DNA of 64,000 nt from Felis catus (Eukaryota): positions 11,780,001-11,844,000 of the forward strand of contig NC_058381.1 in assembly GCF_018350175.1 (NCBI RefSeq), written 5' to 3'. The first letter of the stretch is position 1; each line of letters begins with the position of its first letter. The notes beneath the pieces are model-generated. The model had not been told where the DNA came from and did no database searches. It was given only the letters and a program-made list of their open reading frames with translations. The position numbers and the translations under genes were made by a program. Below are positions 1 to 13,204 of the stretch, in pieces.

Positions 1-1699
1 CTGTCAGGACCCCGGCGTGGGTCCTACAAGGTCACTAGTACATGAGGGTGACCCCTGGCAGGCACGTGGTGGCCCGGGAGAGAAGAGGGGAGTGGCGGCG
101 GTGGGGGTGGGGCTGTACTGGAGGAGGAAGAGCCCAGTGGCTGTGGGGCCAGGCCAGCCTCTGACCGTGCCTCCTGGACCAGTTCCCCTGAGCCTGGTCC
201 CGAAGGCCGAGCAGGCTTGGTGCTCGAGTGTCTTCCTCTGTCGCCCTCCGGCTGCACCTGCGGATCTTGGGCACCTGGGGTTCCGGCTGGCATAGCCAGC
301 AGCCAGAACAGTTTCTGGGGAATTGGACCAACCAGGGCAGCGATGAGCTCACTGGGGATGCCCACGGGCAAGCGCTTTGCCTGATTTCCTTCCGCGCCCT
401 CCCAGCTGCTCTGTGAGGTGTTCGTTCATCTTCCGGGGAAAGAAACGGAGTTCCAGAGGTTTGGTAACCTGCCTGCGGCCAGCGGCCAGGAAAGAGCAGA
501 GTCAGGAGTTGGGCCGGGCCCTCCTGCACGTGGAGGTGTCCTCCCGGTTCACATGGCCCCTGGCCCTTGCGTTCCCTGGGACTCTCTCAGCCCGTGAGAC
601 GGGCAGGCTCAGGTGCCAAGGGTTCTCGGGGGGCCGGGGGTCACCTCCCAAAGAAGTCACTGCTCCGGCATCCTTGTCTCAGGGTCTGCTTGTGAGGGGA
701 CCCCCCCCCCCCCCCCCCCCCGCCGAGACACCACTGAGCCCACAGGGGCCAGACCGAGTGCTTGTGGCATTTACTCCTCCCGCGGTCCCTGAGGCACTCA
801 CAGCCCCGTCCCACGGTCCAGAACAGACGCCGGCCACCTGTGCTGCTGTGCTGAGATCGGTCACAGGGCCGCAAGGCAGCCAGGCTGGGCCTCGAAACGC
901 CGCAAGCCTGACTGTGTGGCTCACGTCATCTCCCCTTGGGGTGTCCACGGTCCTTGGACTGGATTTCCCGGAATGTGCCCAAGATGTATGGGCTCAGCGG
1001 GGCAAGTGCTCTGGGCAGGCTGGGCTGGACACTACGGTGGCGGCGGCCCCTCCTGAGGGCCAGGCCTAGTGGGGCGAGGCGCCCCAGGGCACCGAGGGAC
1101 CCACCGTTCCGCAGCCTGGGAGCCCAAGGCCTGCGTTCTTCCCAGAAGTGGCTGTTCTTGACAGGTGCCGGGAGCCAAGGGCAGCCCAAGCTATTCCGCC
1201 CTGAAGTCCCCTCTTGAGGGCCAGCTGAGACCCTCCGTGCCTCTCCCTGCCGGACAATGCCTCACCACAGACGGCACTGGCCTCTCGGCTCCGCAGCACG
1301 GCCTGCTGTCCCTAGGGCATCGCACTGCCTGCTCACCGACACTGGGACGGGCGCGAGGTCAGACCCAGGACGCCCCTCCGGTGTGCATCCCACCCCCACT
1401 GCTCTCTCCCTATGTGACCCTGGCAGTCAAAGCTCCTGAGGGACGGGGGCGGGGCCCGGGGTGGGGGGGAGAGCAAACACCGACCACCGTGGAGGCCACT
1501 GGCTCCCCGGGGAGCTGTGCTGGGGGGGGGTGTTCTTTCTCATTGATGTAAGGAGACACGCTCGCAGAGATAGGCGTCTCTTTTTGTCCGTATTGGAGAA
1601 AACAGATATTAGCGTCGAAAGTGATTGCGTGGGTGTTAGAGCCAGAGGGGAGGTGAAAGTTAAGAAATGAATCAAATGAAAATTGTTAGGTGACCAGAG

Positions 1700-2340
1700 G
1701 ACCGTTTTCTCTGTACTCGATTGGAAGATCCTAAGAAGTCTGATGATGCCAAGCTTTGGCAAGGATGCTGAGCCACGGGAGCTCTCGTCCACTCGTGGTG
1801 GGGATGCAAACTGGTGTAGCCACTTGGGGAGACAACGTGGCCTTATTTAGCACAGTCAGGGAGATGCGTCTTTGCTTCAAGGAGTGGACCCCGGAGCAGG
1901 GCTTCTGGAGCTGGTGCATGCGGATCACCTGGGAAATCTTGTCGGGAGGCAGTTTCAGCCTCAGGAGGTCTGGGTGAGCCCAGAGAGCCCGCGGACCTCT
2001 GTGCGAGTGTTCCCGAACATTCTCAGTGGCACTGCTGGTGGTAACACTGGTGAGAAACAACGCGAGTGGCACTGTTCGTGGACTGGGTGAGGGAAATCGT
2101 GGCATGGTCGCACAACCGAGTAGCTCACAGCCCAGAAGGGGGACTGCGCCTGGCCCGGGAGCTCTGGCCAGTTGGGGCAGAGCCCGATTTGGGCCAGGTC
2201 TCCCACGCCAGGGCCGGAACTTTGCTGGAGTCCCTTGGTGGGGGAGGTGAGGGTGGAAAGCCTGTGGCCCTGCCAGCCAGGCTCCTGGTAACATTTGGTT
2301 GGATTTGGAACGTAACTGTGTGCTGTGTGGCTCGTGTCCA
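1700..2340 (+). mobile_element. Ancient L1 (L1ME-like) 3' fragment
   Basis: ccaagctttggcaaggatg..ggtggggatgcaaactggtgtagccacttgggga resembles the L1 ORF2 C-terminus. Confidence 0.6.
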
Positions 2341-2445
2341 GTTCCCAGCTGGGGAGAGCGTGTGGTTGCTGACCGGAAGCTGACTGTGAGGTCTCCCAGG
2401 CCCTGGCCAAAGTGGTGAGAGAATTCTCCCTGAAGAACTCTCGTT

Positions 2446-2556
2446 CGCATCCCAGCCTTGCTGTGTGACCTTGTGCAAACCGCAGGATGTCTCTGAGCCT
2501 CGGTTTCTTCAGCTGGAAAATGGGTATAATAGTAGCTCCTCACCTCCCATGGGCTG
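2446..2556 (+). mobile_element. MIR
   Basis: tgtgaccttg..tctctgagcctcggtttcttcagctggaaaatggg. Confidence 0.75.
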
Positions 2557-3488
2557 AATGGTGACCATCCTCAGCGGCTCTCCACGATCCCCCAGCCACC
2601 CGGCCCTATAATGGGGCCCCCATTTCTTCACTGGCCAAGTCTAGGGGGCGCTAAAGGGCTAGGGCAGGCCCTCCAGGCTCTTGGGGCACCTTGTCCTGAC
2701 CACCCTCTCCAGCCCCAGCTCTGCATTTGCACAGCCGCGGCCCGGCTCACGGAGATGGCTCACCAGGAAGCAGATGCCCCTGAACTCTCGGCTAGGCCCA
2801 GGCATGGGCAGGCCAGGGTTCACTGGCCTGCCCTCGCCCCGCTGGCCAGCTCTGGCCTCAGTCTGGGGGTCGGCCCTGGCTGGGGTTTGGCCTTGCCAGC
2901 TCGCCACCCTCCTGTGTCACCTCCCCGTGCCTCTGTCACGGCCCCTCAACCACACTGGGTTCCTGGGCATTCCTCAGTACCTGCCGGCCCCCCCTGTCTG
3001 AGATCTCTGCCCCGACATCTCTGCAAAGCTGGTTTTCTTGTCTGTGGGTCTCAGGAAGGAAGAGAAGCCCGTGAGAGAGAGCGAGCCAGAGGGAGAGCAG
3101 TCGCAGCCCGAGTGACAGGAGCCCGAGTGCGTATCTGAAAACCCAATAAATATGGAAAAGCAGGGGCCACTGAGTGCCTGGGCTGCCGCTCGGGCCTCCT
3201 GCACAGAGCCCGTGGGGTGAAGCTTTGAACCCGCTTCCGGATCCCAGGAAGGCCAAGGGGCAGCTGTTTCCTCACGCGGCCGTGGCAGGGCTGGGCCGAG
3301 CCTGGGCATCGAGCCAAAGTGTCCAGAGGGAACCGCGGCAGCCGGCTGCGCTCTGCGGGTCTGGAGCCGCCACGCTGGGGCAGGTCCAGGGTCGTCTACG
3401 GGGAGAGACCCCGGGCTGGGGCCGGAGATGTGGTTCCAGGCCAGCTCACTGGGTTCAACCTTCCTGTGGCCTTCACTTCAACATTTAA

Positions 3489-3701
3489 TTTTTTTTTTCA
3501 ACGTTTATTTATTTTTGGGACAGAGAGAGACAGAGCATGAATGGGGGAGGGGCAGAGAGAGAGGGAGACACAGAATCAGAAACAGGCTCCAGGCTCTGAG
3601 CCATCAGCCCTGAGCCTGACGCGGGGCTCGAACTCACGGACCGCGAGATCGTGACCTGGCTGAAGTCGGACGCTTAACCGACTGCACCACCCAGGCGCCC
3701 C
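3489..3701 (-). mobile_element. Young feline Can-SINE (SINEC_Fc type)
   Basis: Full length; TSD acttcaacatttaa (3475-88 / 3703-16). Confidence 0.93.
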
Positions 3702-3796
3702 TACTTCAACATTTAAAATAGTTGGTTCTCGGTAGCTCTTCCTGCCCACGGGTCCTGTGCCTGTGCTTTAATAAAATCACCTTTCGCACCAAAAAC

Positions 3797-3826
3797 AGAA
3801 TAGAATAGAATAGAATAGAATAGAAT
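3797..3826. repeat. (AGAAT)6 microsatellite
   Basis: Read directly from the sequence. Confidence 0.95.
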
Positions 3827-4223
3827 AAAATCGTTGGTTCTCTAAGGGTCCTTCTTCAGCTATGAAATAGAGCCCCTGGTGTGATTTCTTGAAGGCAGTT
3901 TGAGCCTTGGCCCCATGACCACTCTGGTAGGGAAGAAACAGGCCCCTTCTGCCTCTTGCCCCTGGAGAACCCATCATCCTGCACTTGGTGCCCTCAGACT
4001 CAGGCTTTGGTCCCTCTGGAGCCCCTCACGCTTTCCGGAGCTGTCTGTCCTGCCCTCTGCACTTCCTGGGCTGCTGTGCAGGAGTCAAGTCTTGGCGCGG
4101 TATCATCACCAGTCCGTGGGAGACCACCTCTCATTCATTTTATTCTGTGACGGGTTCCCTTGTATCTCCAACCCCCGCTCCCGTCCCCCCCAACCAAGAC
4201 TCCCACTTCAGAAAACATATTTT

Positions 4224-4446
4224 GGGGTGCCTGGGTGGCTCAGTCCGTTAAGCGTCCGGCTTCGGCTCAGGTCGTGATCTCACAGTTGAGTTCAAGCCCC
4301 GCGTCGGGCTCTGAGTTGACAGCTCAGAGCCTGGAGCCTGCTTTGGATTCTGTGACTCCCTCTCTCTCTGCCCCTCCCCTGCTCGTACTCTGTCTCTCTG
4401 TCTCTGTCTGTCTCAAAAATAAATACATAAACATGAAAAAATTTAA
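4224..4446 (+). mobile_element. Can-SINE
   Basis: ggggtgcctgggtggctcag head, (CT)n region, A-rich tail. Confidence 0.9.
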
Positions 4447-4509
4447 GAAAACTGATATTTCATCTTTGGGTGTGTTTCTGTACTTGTAAAAATATACCAC
4501 TTGGTTTTC

Positions 4510-4768
4510 TTTTTTTTTTAATTTTTTTTTTCCAACGTTTATTTATTTTTGGGACAGAGAGAGACAGAGCATGAACGGGGGAGGGGCAGAGAGAGAGGGA
4601 GACACAGAATCAGAAACAGGCTCCAGGCTCTGAGCCATCAGCCCTGAGCCTGACGCGGGGCTCGAACTCACGGACCGTGAGATCGTGACCTGGCTGAAGT
4701 CGGACGCTTAACCGACTGCGCCACCCAGGCGCCCCCTTTTTTTTTTTTTTTTAATTTTTTTTTTTTCG
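4510..4768 (-). mobile_element. Young SINEC_Fc-type SINE plus an extra tail segment
   Basis: SINE 4510-4736, second T16-AA-T12 tract 4737-4766, all within TSD ccacttggttttc. Confidence 0.9.
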
Positions 4769-5401
4769 CCACTTGGTTTTCAATTGGTGCCGCGTTAGGT
4801 CTCATTCCGTTCCTTAGCACTCTAACTGAGCATCACGATCTTTCCCAGGAGCCTCGGGTGCTCCTAGTTCACTGCTTTTCATGGACATCTGGACCCGCCG
4901 CCCCGCCGAGGTGCGTGCATTCCAGTGGAAAGGAAAACATTCCTTTCCATTCTCCGTGGGATGGGGATCAAGGTGGGATCACAGAGCTGGGAGAAGGATG
5001 GCTGGTTAAGAGTAGTGATGGTTCAGCCTCTGGAACAAGGTCGATCCCACCTCACAGCAGAGCAAAGGAGGGGCCCAGTGAATTCAAGATCCAACTCTTA
5101 AAAAGTGAAACTGCATATACTGTGTCCAAGAGGTAAAGCTAATAGGAGTAAACATGGGTTGATAGCTTTGTGATCCTGGGGTGGGGAAGATGAATCGCAA
5201 ATGTCCCAAACATGAAGTGTGCTCCCATGCATGAGAGAGAGAGAGAAAGAGAGAGAGGGAGAGAGAGAGAGAACATGTGTACAAAGGAGAGAGCGGTGAA
5301 TTTGATTACATAAGAATGAAGGATTTCTGTCTCATGAAGGACACCACACACAAAAATTAACAGGCAAATGGCAGACTGAAAGCAAAAAAATAAAAAAAAA
5401 A

Positions 5402-5619
5402 TTTTTTTAACGTTTATTTATTTTTGAGACAGAGAGAGACAGAGCATGAACGGGGGAGGGTCAGAGAGAGAGAGAGAGAGGGAGACACAGAATCCGAAAC
5501 AGGCTCCAGGCTCTGAGCTGTCAGCACAGAGCCCGACACGGGGCTCGAACTCACGGACCGCGAGATCATGACCTGAGCCGAAGCCAGCTGCTTAACCGAC
5601 TGAGCCACCCAGGTGCCCC
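5402..5619 (-). mobile_element. Can-SINE
   Basis: Full-length consensus match. Confidence 0.9.
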
Positions 5620-5879
5620 GCTTTTTCTGTATTTTAGATACTTTGCTTAAAAGAGGAAGAACTAAAGAGGCTTAGGATGGGTATTTAGAGGGTTGTGAAA
5701 CTCGGCGAGGCTTCTGTGTGTGAATTTGCGAGTGTGTGAGTGAGTGTATGTTAGTGTCTCCCCTCGGCTCCCCCAGAACGGGGACGGGGATCATGACAAG
5801 GGTTATCGTAGCCCAGCACCTAGGATCAGTCAGGGACCCTCCACACACACCCCCTGCCCCTTCCGGCAGCCCCAACAGG

Positions 5880-5990
5880 TCCCCACTTTGCAGAAGAGGA
5901 AACGAGGCTCCAAGAAGCGAAGTGACTTGCCTAAGGTCGCACAACGAGCCAGCGGCAGAGCTGGGATTTGAGCCAGGCCCGGGGCTCTCC
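5880..5990 (-). mobile_element. MIR
   Basis: gaggaaacgaggct..agtgacttgcctaaggtc..gggatttgagcc. Confidence 0.75.
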
Positions 5991-7239
5991 TGACCTGCCC
6001 CGCGAAGCTGCCCGAAGGGCAGGTCATGTTTACCCGGCCTCCAGTGCAGATCCCTGCTGCGCAGTGCGCAGCCCCGATGACCCGACACGGCAGCCCAGCC
6101 CTGGGAGGTTCTGTCTGTTGGCCCCAAGACTGAACAAAGCAGGGGTCCTCTCTGACCTGAGAGTCGGGTCCTGTGTGCACAACTCGGGGAGCCTCCCGCT
6201 GCCCCAGAGGACGTGGTGACATAGCACGGCTCATCAATGGCTGTGGTGTGTGTGAGCCAGCTGGTTGTGCCTCAGAGTTGACATTTCCCTGGCCGAGCTC
6301 CTCTTCTTAGAAAGAAAACACGGGATGTAGGGCAACTCCAACAGCTGTGTTTAAATGCCAGACTTCATTTGACCTTCAGAAGCAGAGAACGTTGTCCTGT
6401 TTCTCACAAACATTCCCATCTCTTCTCAAGGGAGCCCCGTTACTTACAAACATGGCAATTCTACAATGACCATGACTGCCAGGCAGCACTGTGCACGTTG
6501 TGCACTGCCTAACTCCAGGGAGAACACCAGTCTACGTAAAAGTACCCTTTTTCTGTTGCACAGTGCTCAACCTGTGCAACAGTGCCTGGTGGCCCTGAGC
6601 CTCCAGAAATATTTCCGCTGGGTAGACAGGTGAGTGGGTCCCCTGAAGCTTTGAGAGGGCAGGTGTGCTTGCCTTCTTGTCGCTTTGCGTCCCCTTGAGC
6701 AGGAGAAACTGACCAGTTCCACAAAAGGGACCTGGAGGTGGATGGCCCACCCTCATTGATGAGCACTGCATATGTCCCCAGCACAATGTCTCACTTACCT
6801 TCCCCTCCCCCCACATTCCAGCGGGCCCAGACTTGGCTTGTGTTAAAAGTCTCCGCAGCAACCCTTCCATATCTGACTCTTAATTTCTTGGGGGGGGGAC
6901 TTCGATGTACTCGCCCCTGTGTCTTCTGCCTCCTCTCCTGGTCTCTGCCATCTCCCTCCGCCACCGCCATTGTCCGGGTTGCTCAGGTCCCGAGCCCTGA
7001 GTCCTCCCTGACTCCGCGACGTCCCTGCCTGCCACGGCCCAGGTCAGTAAGTCCTGGTGGTCCTGCCTCCTAGATACACTTGGGTCCCCTCCTTCTTCAC
7101 CTCCCTACCTCCTATGTGTCCAGGCTGGCCAGCATCCCTCACCTGAGGAGGGCTCCAGCCTCCTTCTGGCCTCCCTGCCTCAGCGACACCCCACTGCAGA
7201 CCCTTCTTTTCCCTGTGGCAACCAGAGGGGCCTCTGAGA

Positions 7240-7530
7240 AATTAAATCGAGAGGAGCCAGACCCCAAAGGCCCCCTACTGTATAATTCCTTGTATATGAA
7301 CAGCCAGCAGAGGCCAATGCACAGGGACAGAAAGCAGATGGCTGGTTGCCAGGGGCTGGAGGGAGGGAGGATGGGGAGTGACTGCCCAGGGGTTCGGGGT
7401 TTCCTTTCGGGGTGGTGGGAGTGTTGTGGAGCCAGGGAGAGGGCAGTGACCGAAAGAACGAGATGCTGCTTCATCTGCATACTTAAAACATTGAATGGCA
7501 GATTTGGTTATGTGTGTTTTACCACAATCA
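7240..7530 (+). mobile_element. Old L1M 3' UTR fragment
   Basis: tactgtataattcc..gacagaaagcagatggctggttgccaggggctgg. Confidence 0.7.
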
Positions 7531-8696
7531 ATACAGAATTTAATCAGATGTGGTCTGATCAACTGCCCTCCCCCCACGGCTCCCCAGATGCCCTCACAAT
7601 AACCCCAAATTTGGTGTGGGGCCCCCAGGCTCCAGAACCTCACCTGCCCCTGGAGGGCTCAGTCCTCTGCATATCCCCGGGGTTCCTCCTCCAGGCCTCT
7701 GCATGGTTTCCCCTCCCCCTTTCCTCAGACTTTCCAGGGCTGCCTCTTCCCCACCTTTGAGGCTGCACCCCTGCTGACTCCTGAGTGCCTGGGACCGAGT
7801 CGGGGGGTCTTTGTGGTCTGGATGAACGGAACATACCAGCTGGGTGGGTTCCTCTCGCCCCATGCGGCTTCTGGCCACTGGCTCGCAGGGGCCTCTGGCC
7901 AGCTGGTCAACCCTCGCCCTCCTGCGGGCCCGCCAGAGCTGAGCCCTGAGCACGGCCTCCTGGGAGCCCGGCTTCGTCTTTGCCCCTCAGAACCCTTTCT
8001 TCTGGCAAAAGATTCATCCCTTTGGCACGAGCAGCGTTGGATTCTGCCTCAGTGCTTTCTGCTTCTGCAAATCCTCCGGGCTCCCATGCCCCTCCCTGCT
8101 AATACCCGTGCCCTTGAGAACTTTCGACTTCTTCTGGCTTCAGGGAGGGCTTGTCCAGAGAACCAGAATCACACCCAGCACTTGGCACACACCACGGGCT
8201 AGACCACGGGGTAGGAAGGGCAGCACCGGGCCTGTTCTGAAACGTCCCTACCTGTGTAGCGATGGTTCCTAAGGTGAAGGTCAGGAACGTCTGTACCTTG
8301 TCAGCTGCTATGGCTGCCTTGAAACGCCCTCGAAACTCTACCCGAAAGTCACCTTCTCAGTGAGGGGACCTTCCTACTTAAAATTGCACCCCCCCATGCC
8401 CTCCCTGCCTCATTTTTCTTCAGAACCCTCATCACCATCGATGAACGGGGCAGAGGCTTTCCTCGTCCGTAACTGCCTTGTCTGAATTGTTGGGGCGATG
8501 CTCACAGACGGTCAGAGAGCAGCCAGCCCGCCCCCCCTTGGCTCCTCAGGGCACAGTCCTGGCTGGGCCTCATCCTTCCTCTCCAGGACCATCGACGGCC
8601 CTTGCCCAGCTCCCTGCTCTGGCTTCTCGCTTCCAGACCTCCCTTGGAAGGGGCTGCCCAAATGCAGACCTTAGCACTCCTCGGCTTAGCACTGAC

Positions 8697-8902
8697 CGGG
8701 TGGCTTCTCAACTTCCGCACCGCCGACACTGCGGGTGGATAACCCCCCATTGGGGGAGCTGCTCTGACCATTGTAGGACGTCCAGCATCCCTGACCTCAA
8801 CCCCAGAGATGCCAGGAGCACTCGCCTTTGTGACAATTAAAAATGTCTCGAGATGTTGCCAAACATCCCCTAGGGGCAGAACCGCCCTTGGCCAAGACAT
8901 CA
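8697..8902 (-). mobile_element. MER20 (hAT-Charlie)
   Basis: ttgtgacaattaaaaatgtctcgagatgttgccaaacatcccctaggggcag. Confidence 0.8.
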
Positions 8903-9125
8903 CCTTTTCTCTTAGGGATAATTTCAAGCAGATACAAAATCAGGGAGCACAGGGTGAAGAACCCCCGGGACCTGTCACCCAGCTGCACAGTTATCAACCC
9001 CTGGTCAACCTTGTTCCATTCCCACACCTACCCAACACTCTCTTTATTACTTTGAAGCCAATCTCAGACATCGTATTATTGTGTCTGCAAATATTTTGAC
9101 AGTTCCCTCTAGAGAACAAAGCCTC

Positions 9126-9237
9126 GGGGCACCTGGCTGGCTCATTCGGCGGAGCGTGCGGCTCTTGAACTCGGGATCATCGGTTCAAGCCCCATGGTGG
9201 GTGTAGAGCTTACTTAAAATAAAATAAAACAAAATAA
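9126..9237 (+). mobile_element. Short old Can-SINE (tRNA head plus tail)
   Basis: ggggcacctggctggctca..ggttcaagcccc..aaaataaaataaaa. Confidence 0.8.
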
Positions 9238-10424
9238 TGGTGTGTCTTCTAATCTATGGGCTTCTTGTCCATCTCTTTGATCCCTTGCAATTTATTTGTT
9301 GGAGAAACCAGCTCTTGACCCCCAGAGTCTCCACGGTCTGGATTTTTCCTGGCTGCGCGCCTGTGGTGGCGTTTGGTATGTTCTTCTGTCTCCTGTATTT
9401 CCTGAAATTTGGTGGTTGGGTCCAGTGCTTACGCAGACTCGGGGTGGATTGTTTCTGGCGAGAAGGGTTCGGAGGCAATGCTGGGTTCTTCCATCAGGAG
9501 ACGCACAGTATCTGCTGTTCCTGTCTGTGATGTCAGCGGCTGCCTGCCTTAAGCCCTGGCAGCCTGCTTCTCCAGTTTCCCAGTGCCTGCCTCGGCCTGC
9601 CCCGGGCTTGTTGCGGGACCACACCGCTCGCCTGCGAGATGTTTCCCGGGCTGCCGGGGTGGGGTGGAGGTGGAGGCAGGCTCTCAGAGGCTGTGCCTGC
9701 TCTCCCCAACATCGTGGGCGCCTTAGCTGGGCAAGCAGGTCTCGTGCCTTGAAGGCCGTGCTGTGCACCACGGGAAAACTCTGTGGCCAGGACTCTATCT
9801 CCCAGAAGTCAGAGGTGAGGACTTCTCTCCTAGCCCTCGGGCAGTGGTGGTTTCACAGGTAAAGGGGAGAGAGAGGGCACCGGGGCAGCAGCTACAGCTG
9901 GGTAATGGGACGGGGGGTAGCACACAGGCCCCATCTGAGACCCGAGACTGGTGGGATGCTGTGGGCCCAGGAGGAGCAGTGGGCGGGCCTGCCTGCTCTC
10001 GATGGATGCCGGGCTGTACCCTTCCCTTACATATCAAGGCACCTAGAGACTTTAGTCTGAGCTCCCTGCTTTGGTGGGAGAACTACACAAATCTGGGTGC
10101 TGAGGGATAAGAAGGGAGAGCTCTGCTGGGCTGGGTGTCTGAGGACCTCTCAGAGGGAGCGACACTTGACCTGCATCTTCAAGGACATCTTCTTCCTCTG
10201 GGCACGTCGTCCGTGTGCAGTGGGGCCCACAATAGAGATGTGTTTAAACGCTTTTGTCTCCCCAAGGCGGTCAGCCTGCAGCTGGTGCTCACCATGTGGG
10301 AATGGTCTGGAAGGGTCCAAGGGAAGAGGAAGCCACCGTGGGAGTGGGTGACAGCCACAGAGGTGCGTGGGAACTAGCGAGTCAGGGCTCCTAACACCAG
10401 CTCCCGTGGGTTGCCCTGGAGGAC

Positions 10425-10586
10425 CCACTTTACGTGGATTATTTTATCACAAGAACCCTATGAGAATGGAAGTATTATTGACATTTAGCAGACCAGCAAA
10501 CTGAGGCTTAGAGTGGTCAGTGATTCACTCTAGTCACGCAAGTGGTAGAGGCGTAATTCAAACCCAGTTCTGGGTGATTCTAAAGG
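10425..10586 (-). mobile_element. MIR
   Basis: aaactgaggcttagag..attcaaacccag. Confidence 0.7.
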
Positions 10587-12399
10587 TGTAGAAAATGTAA
10601 CTGACTGTGGTTCCTTAAGTAAGTCAGGGATCAATTGTCACTTAAGAGATGACTGGAGGTGGGGTCGAGGGCTGGCTTGGCAGTTGCACAAAATCATCAG
10701 AGCCCCAGGCTCCACCGTCCTCAGTTTATGGCTTCCATCTCCAAAGTCACCTCATAGCCCAAGATGGCTGCTGGAGCTCCAGCTGTCTCATCTGTTTTAT
10801 AGGCAAGAAGAAGAAGAGAAGAGAAGGAGCACAGACCTTCCTCCTACTCTAATTGGCTCTTTAAAGAGGGTCTCTATTAGTCCCACTCAAAAGCTTCCAG
10901 ATCATTGGCTACGGCAGCTCCAAAGGAGGACGGGAAATGCAGTCTTAGTTGGGCACGTCGCTGTGCAAAGACCAGAGCTCTGTGAGCGAGGAAGAGGGAG
11001 ATGATATTATAGGGCCTCCCTCCCCACCTCACCAGTCCCCAGGGGAGCCATTTTCCACGCCTCCCAGTTTCCCCGGAGCAGCGTGTCCCAGGACGCATGT
11101 AATCCAGACCCACCGATGGGAGTGACTTGAGGCTTTGCAAGTCATTCAGCCCTTCTCTTCTGGACTGCTTTGCCGGGGGACGCAGGCCCAGAGAGGCATG
11201 TCCTGGGCCGTGTGCTGCAAGATGAAGTGCCACAGTCTCACCGCTCGTCCCTGGCTTTGCCTGTGGTCTCCTACGGGGGACCCACGGGGCCGTCTGATGC
11301 GCGTAGAATCTGTGCTCGTTTATTACGCCGGTTGGTGGTTTCGAGCGTGTGGGCTGGTGTCAGAGAGACCCGGCTTTGGCCCTTGGCTCCGCCTTTCCCT
11401 GGTTGCATGACCATGGGCAAATGTGCTTGCTTGTTCATGAATTTTCATCCCCTCGCCTGTGAAATGGGCATCACAATTCTGCCACACGTATGTCGAGGGC
11501 TTATTTGGCACCAGCCCTTCTGAATGCTCCATGGACACTAATATACTGAGCCTCTCCAGTGGGCCTGTGAGATAGGGACGGCTGTCATTTCCATCGCATG
11601 GGTGAGGAAACTGAGGCACGAGGAGTTTAAGTACAGCGAGGGAATCACCAGGCTGGGAGAGAAACCTTATCTGACCGGAGCTCACTGAGGTCTGTGACGG
11701 GCTCCATTTAGTACCTCGTGCATAGTAGGTACTTGGCACGCGTTGGCTAATGCTACCCTGTTCCCCAGTCCCCTGGCCTTTGATGCCCGCACTTGGCTAA
11801 GCGTTGTCTGCCTGGCTCTTTGTAGTTCCATTCGTTCCACTGGCTGTTTTTATTTCTATTTCCTTGGAATTCTGGATTCTAGATGTGAGTCTCAGTGGTC
11901 ATTTGCAGCACACATGAGAAGACCAGGGCTTTGGGGCGATGTGACAGCTTCCCAAATGGGAGTAACTGGGAACGCGATGTTTATTCTGCAGAAACCAGTG
12001 ACCCAGCTGCCCTCCCTGGGGGAGTGACCCATGGACTCTTCTTCCATAGTTTTGCCAGAGTGACTGGGATGGTCTCTGCTGGGAGAGGCCATGCGAACAG
12101 GGTGTCATGTCTATGCTGAAGGCTTACTGGGAAGAAGCACCAGGACAGGGCAGCAGGCAGATGTGGGAGAACAGGGTTGGGAGCCATGAACTCTCCTGCC
12201 ATTATTTCCTCACAGAGCCTCGGGCCTGGAGAAGACCAGGCCTGGTGGCCTTCTCAGTCCTAGAACAACGGGACTTTCTGACAACAGCCCCAGAAACAGG
12301 ACTGGGGATTGAGGCAGACCCCGCCGACCGACTTCCTAATACCTGTTCTGTTTGTGCTGACAAAACATCGCTTGGCTTTTTGATCAAGAGAGCCAGCCG

Positions 12400-12800
12400 T
12401 GACCATTCTGTCACCAAATGCTCATGCTGATCATGTGACCCCGGCAATCAGTCCTGAAGCAGAAGGTCTGCTCGGGGCATTTCTGGGCAAGCTTTTGCTC
12501 TCCGGACGAAAACAGGCAGGTGTAGTTAGCGGGGCCCGTGACCTTTCCCCGTCCGTGGACTTGTCTTGTATCCAGGTGTGAGGACTAGGGCCATGGCACA
12601 GCCATCTTGTGATTCCGAGGCCAAAGCACGAGGATGGAGGGTGAATTATATTAGGGAAGGTGGAGTCACAGTCCCTGATCCTAGCAGCTGCTTGCTTCTG
12701 GTTGTGTTATGTGAGAAAGAAAAAGAACCCCCTGCCTATGTGTTTAAGCCTCTATCGGCTGGGTTTTGTTTTTTGCAGGCGAATGTGTTCCTAACTGAGA
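12400..12800 (+). mobile_element. MLT1-type (ERVL-MaLR) LTR remnant
   Basis: gccatcttgtga..gttatgtgagaaag..tgtttaagcc..cctaactga. Confidence 0.6.
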
Positions 12801-13204
12801 CCGAAGTGAAGGCAGAGGGTGGGTCGGGCCCATCAGGGACCCTGCGTGCTCAGAGAGGCTCATAACTGCTCCTCAGGACTGCTGTGTGCTAAGGCCTTTA
12901 CTGGGCCTTGGTGACATCCGGCAAATCGGGCCCAGACCCTTCCCTCTAGGGGGTCATGGTCCATCAAAAAAGAGGACACTAATTGTTCATTGGAACAGAC
13001 TGTTGTACAATGCTCCGGGTATAAGAAATCCCTTCCCTTTGCAAAGTCAGATGAAACCCTGCTCCAAGGCCCACATACCAAGGTTGGCAAAAACTACAAT
13101 TGCTCAGGATCACCGGGGAACTTAGGGCTTGGTCAGCCCTAAAAAATCGAAGGGGACCTTTGTCTTCCGCCTTTCACATTTCGGCGGACCCGGTCTGGTT
13201 TTCG

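Noticed and set aside
701-721. C21 run (and G19 at 20070-20088)
   Set aside because: Could form G4 or i-motif structures, but these are simple homopolymers with unreliable length and no other support.
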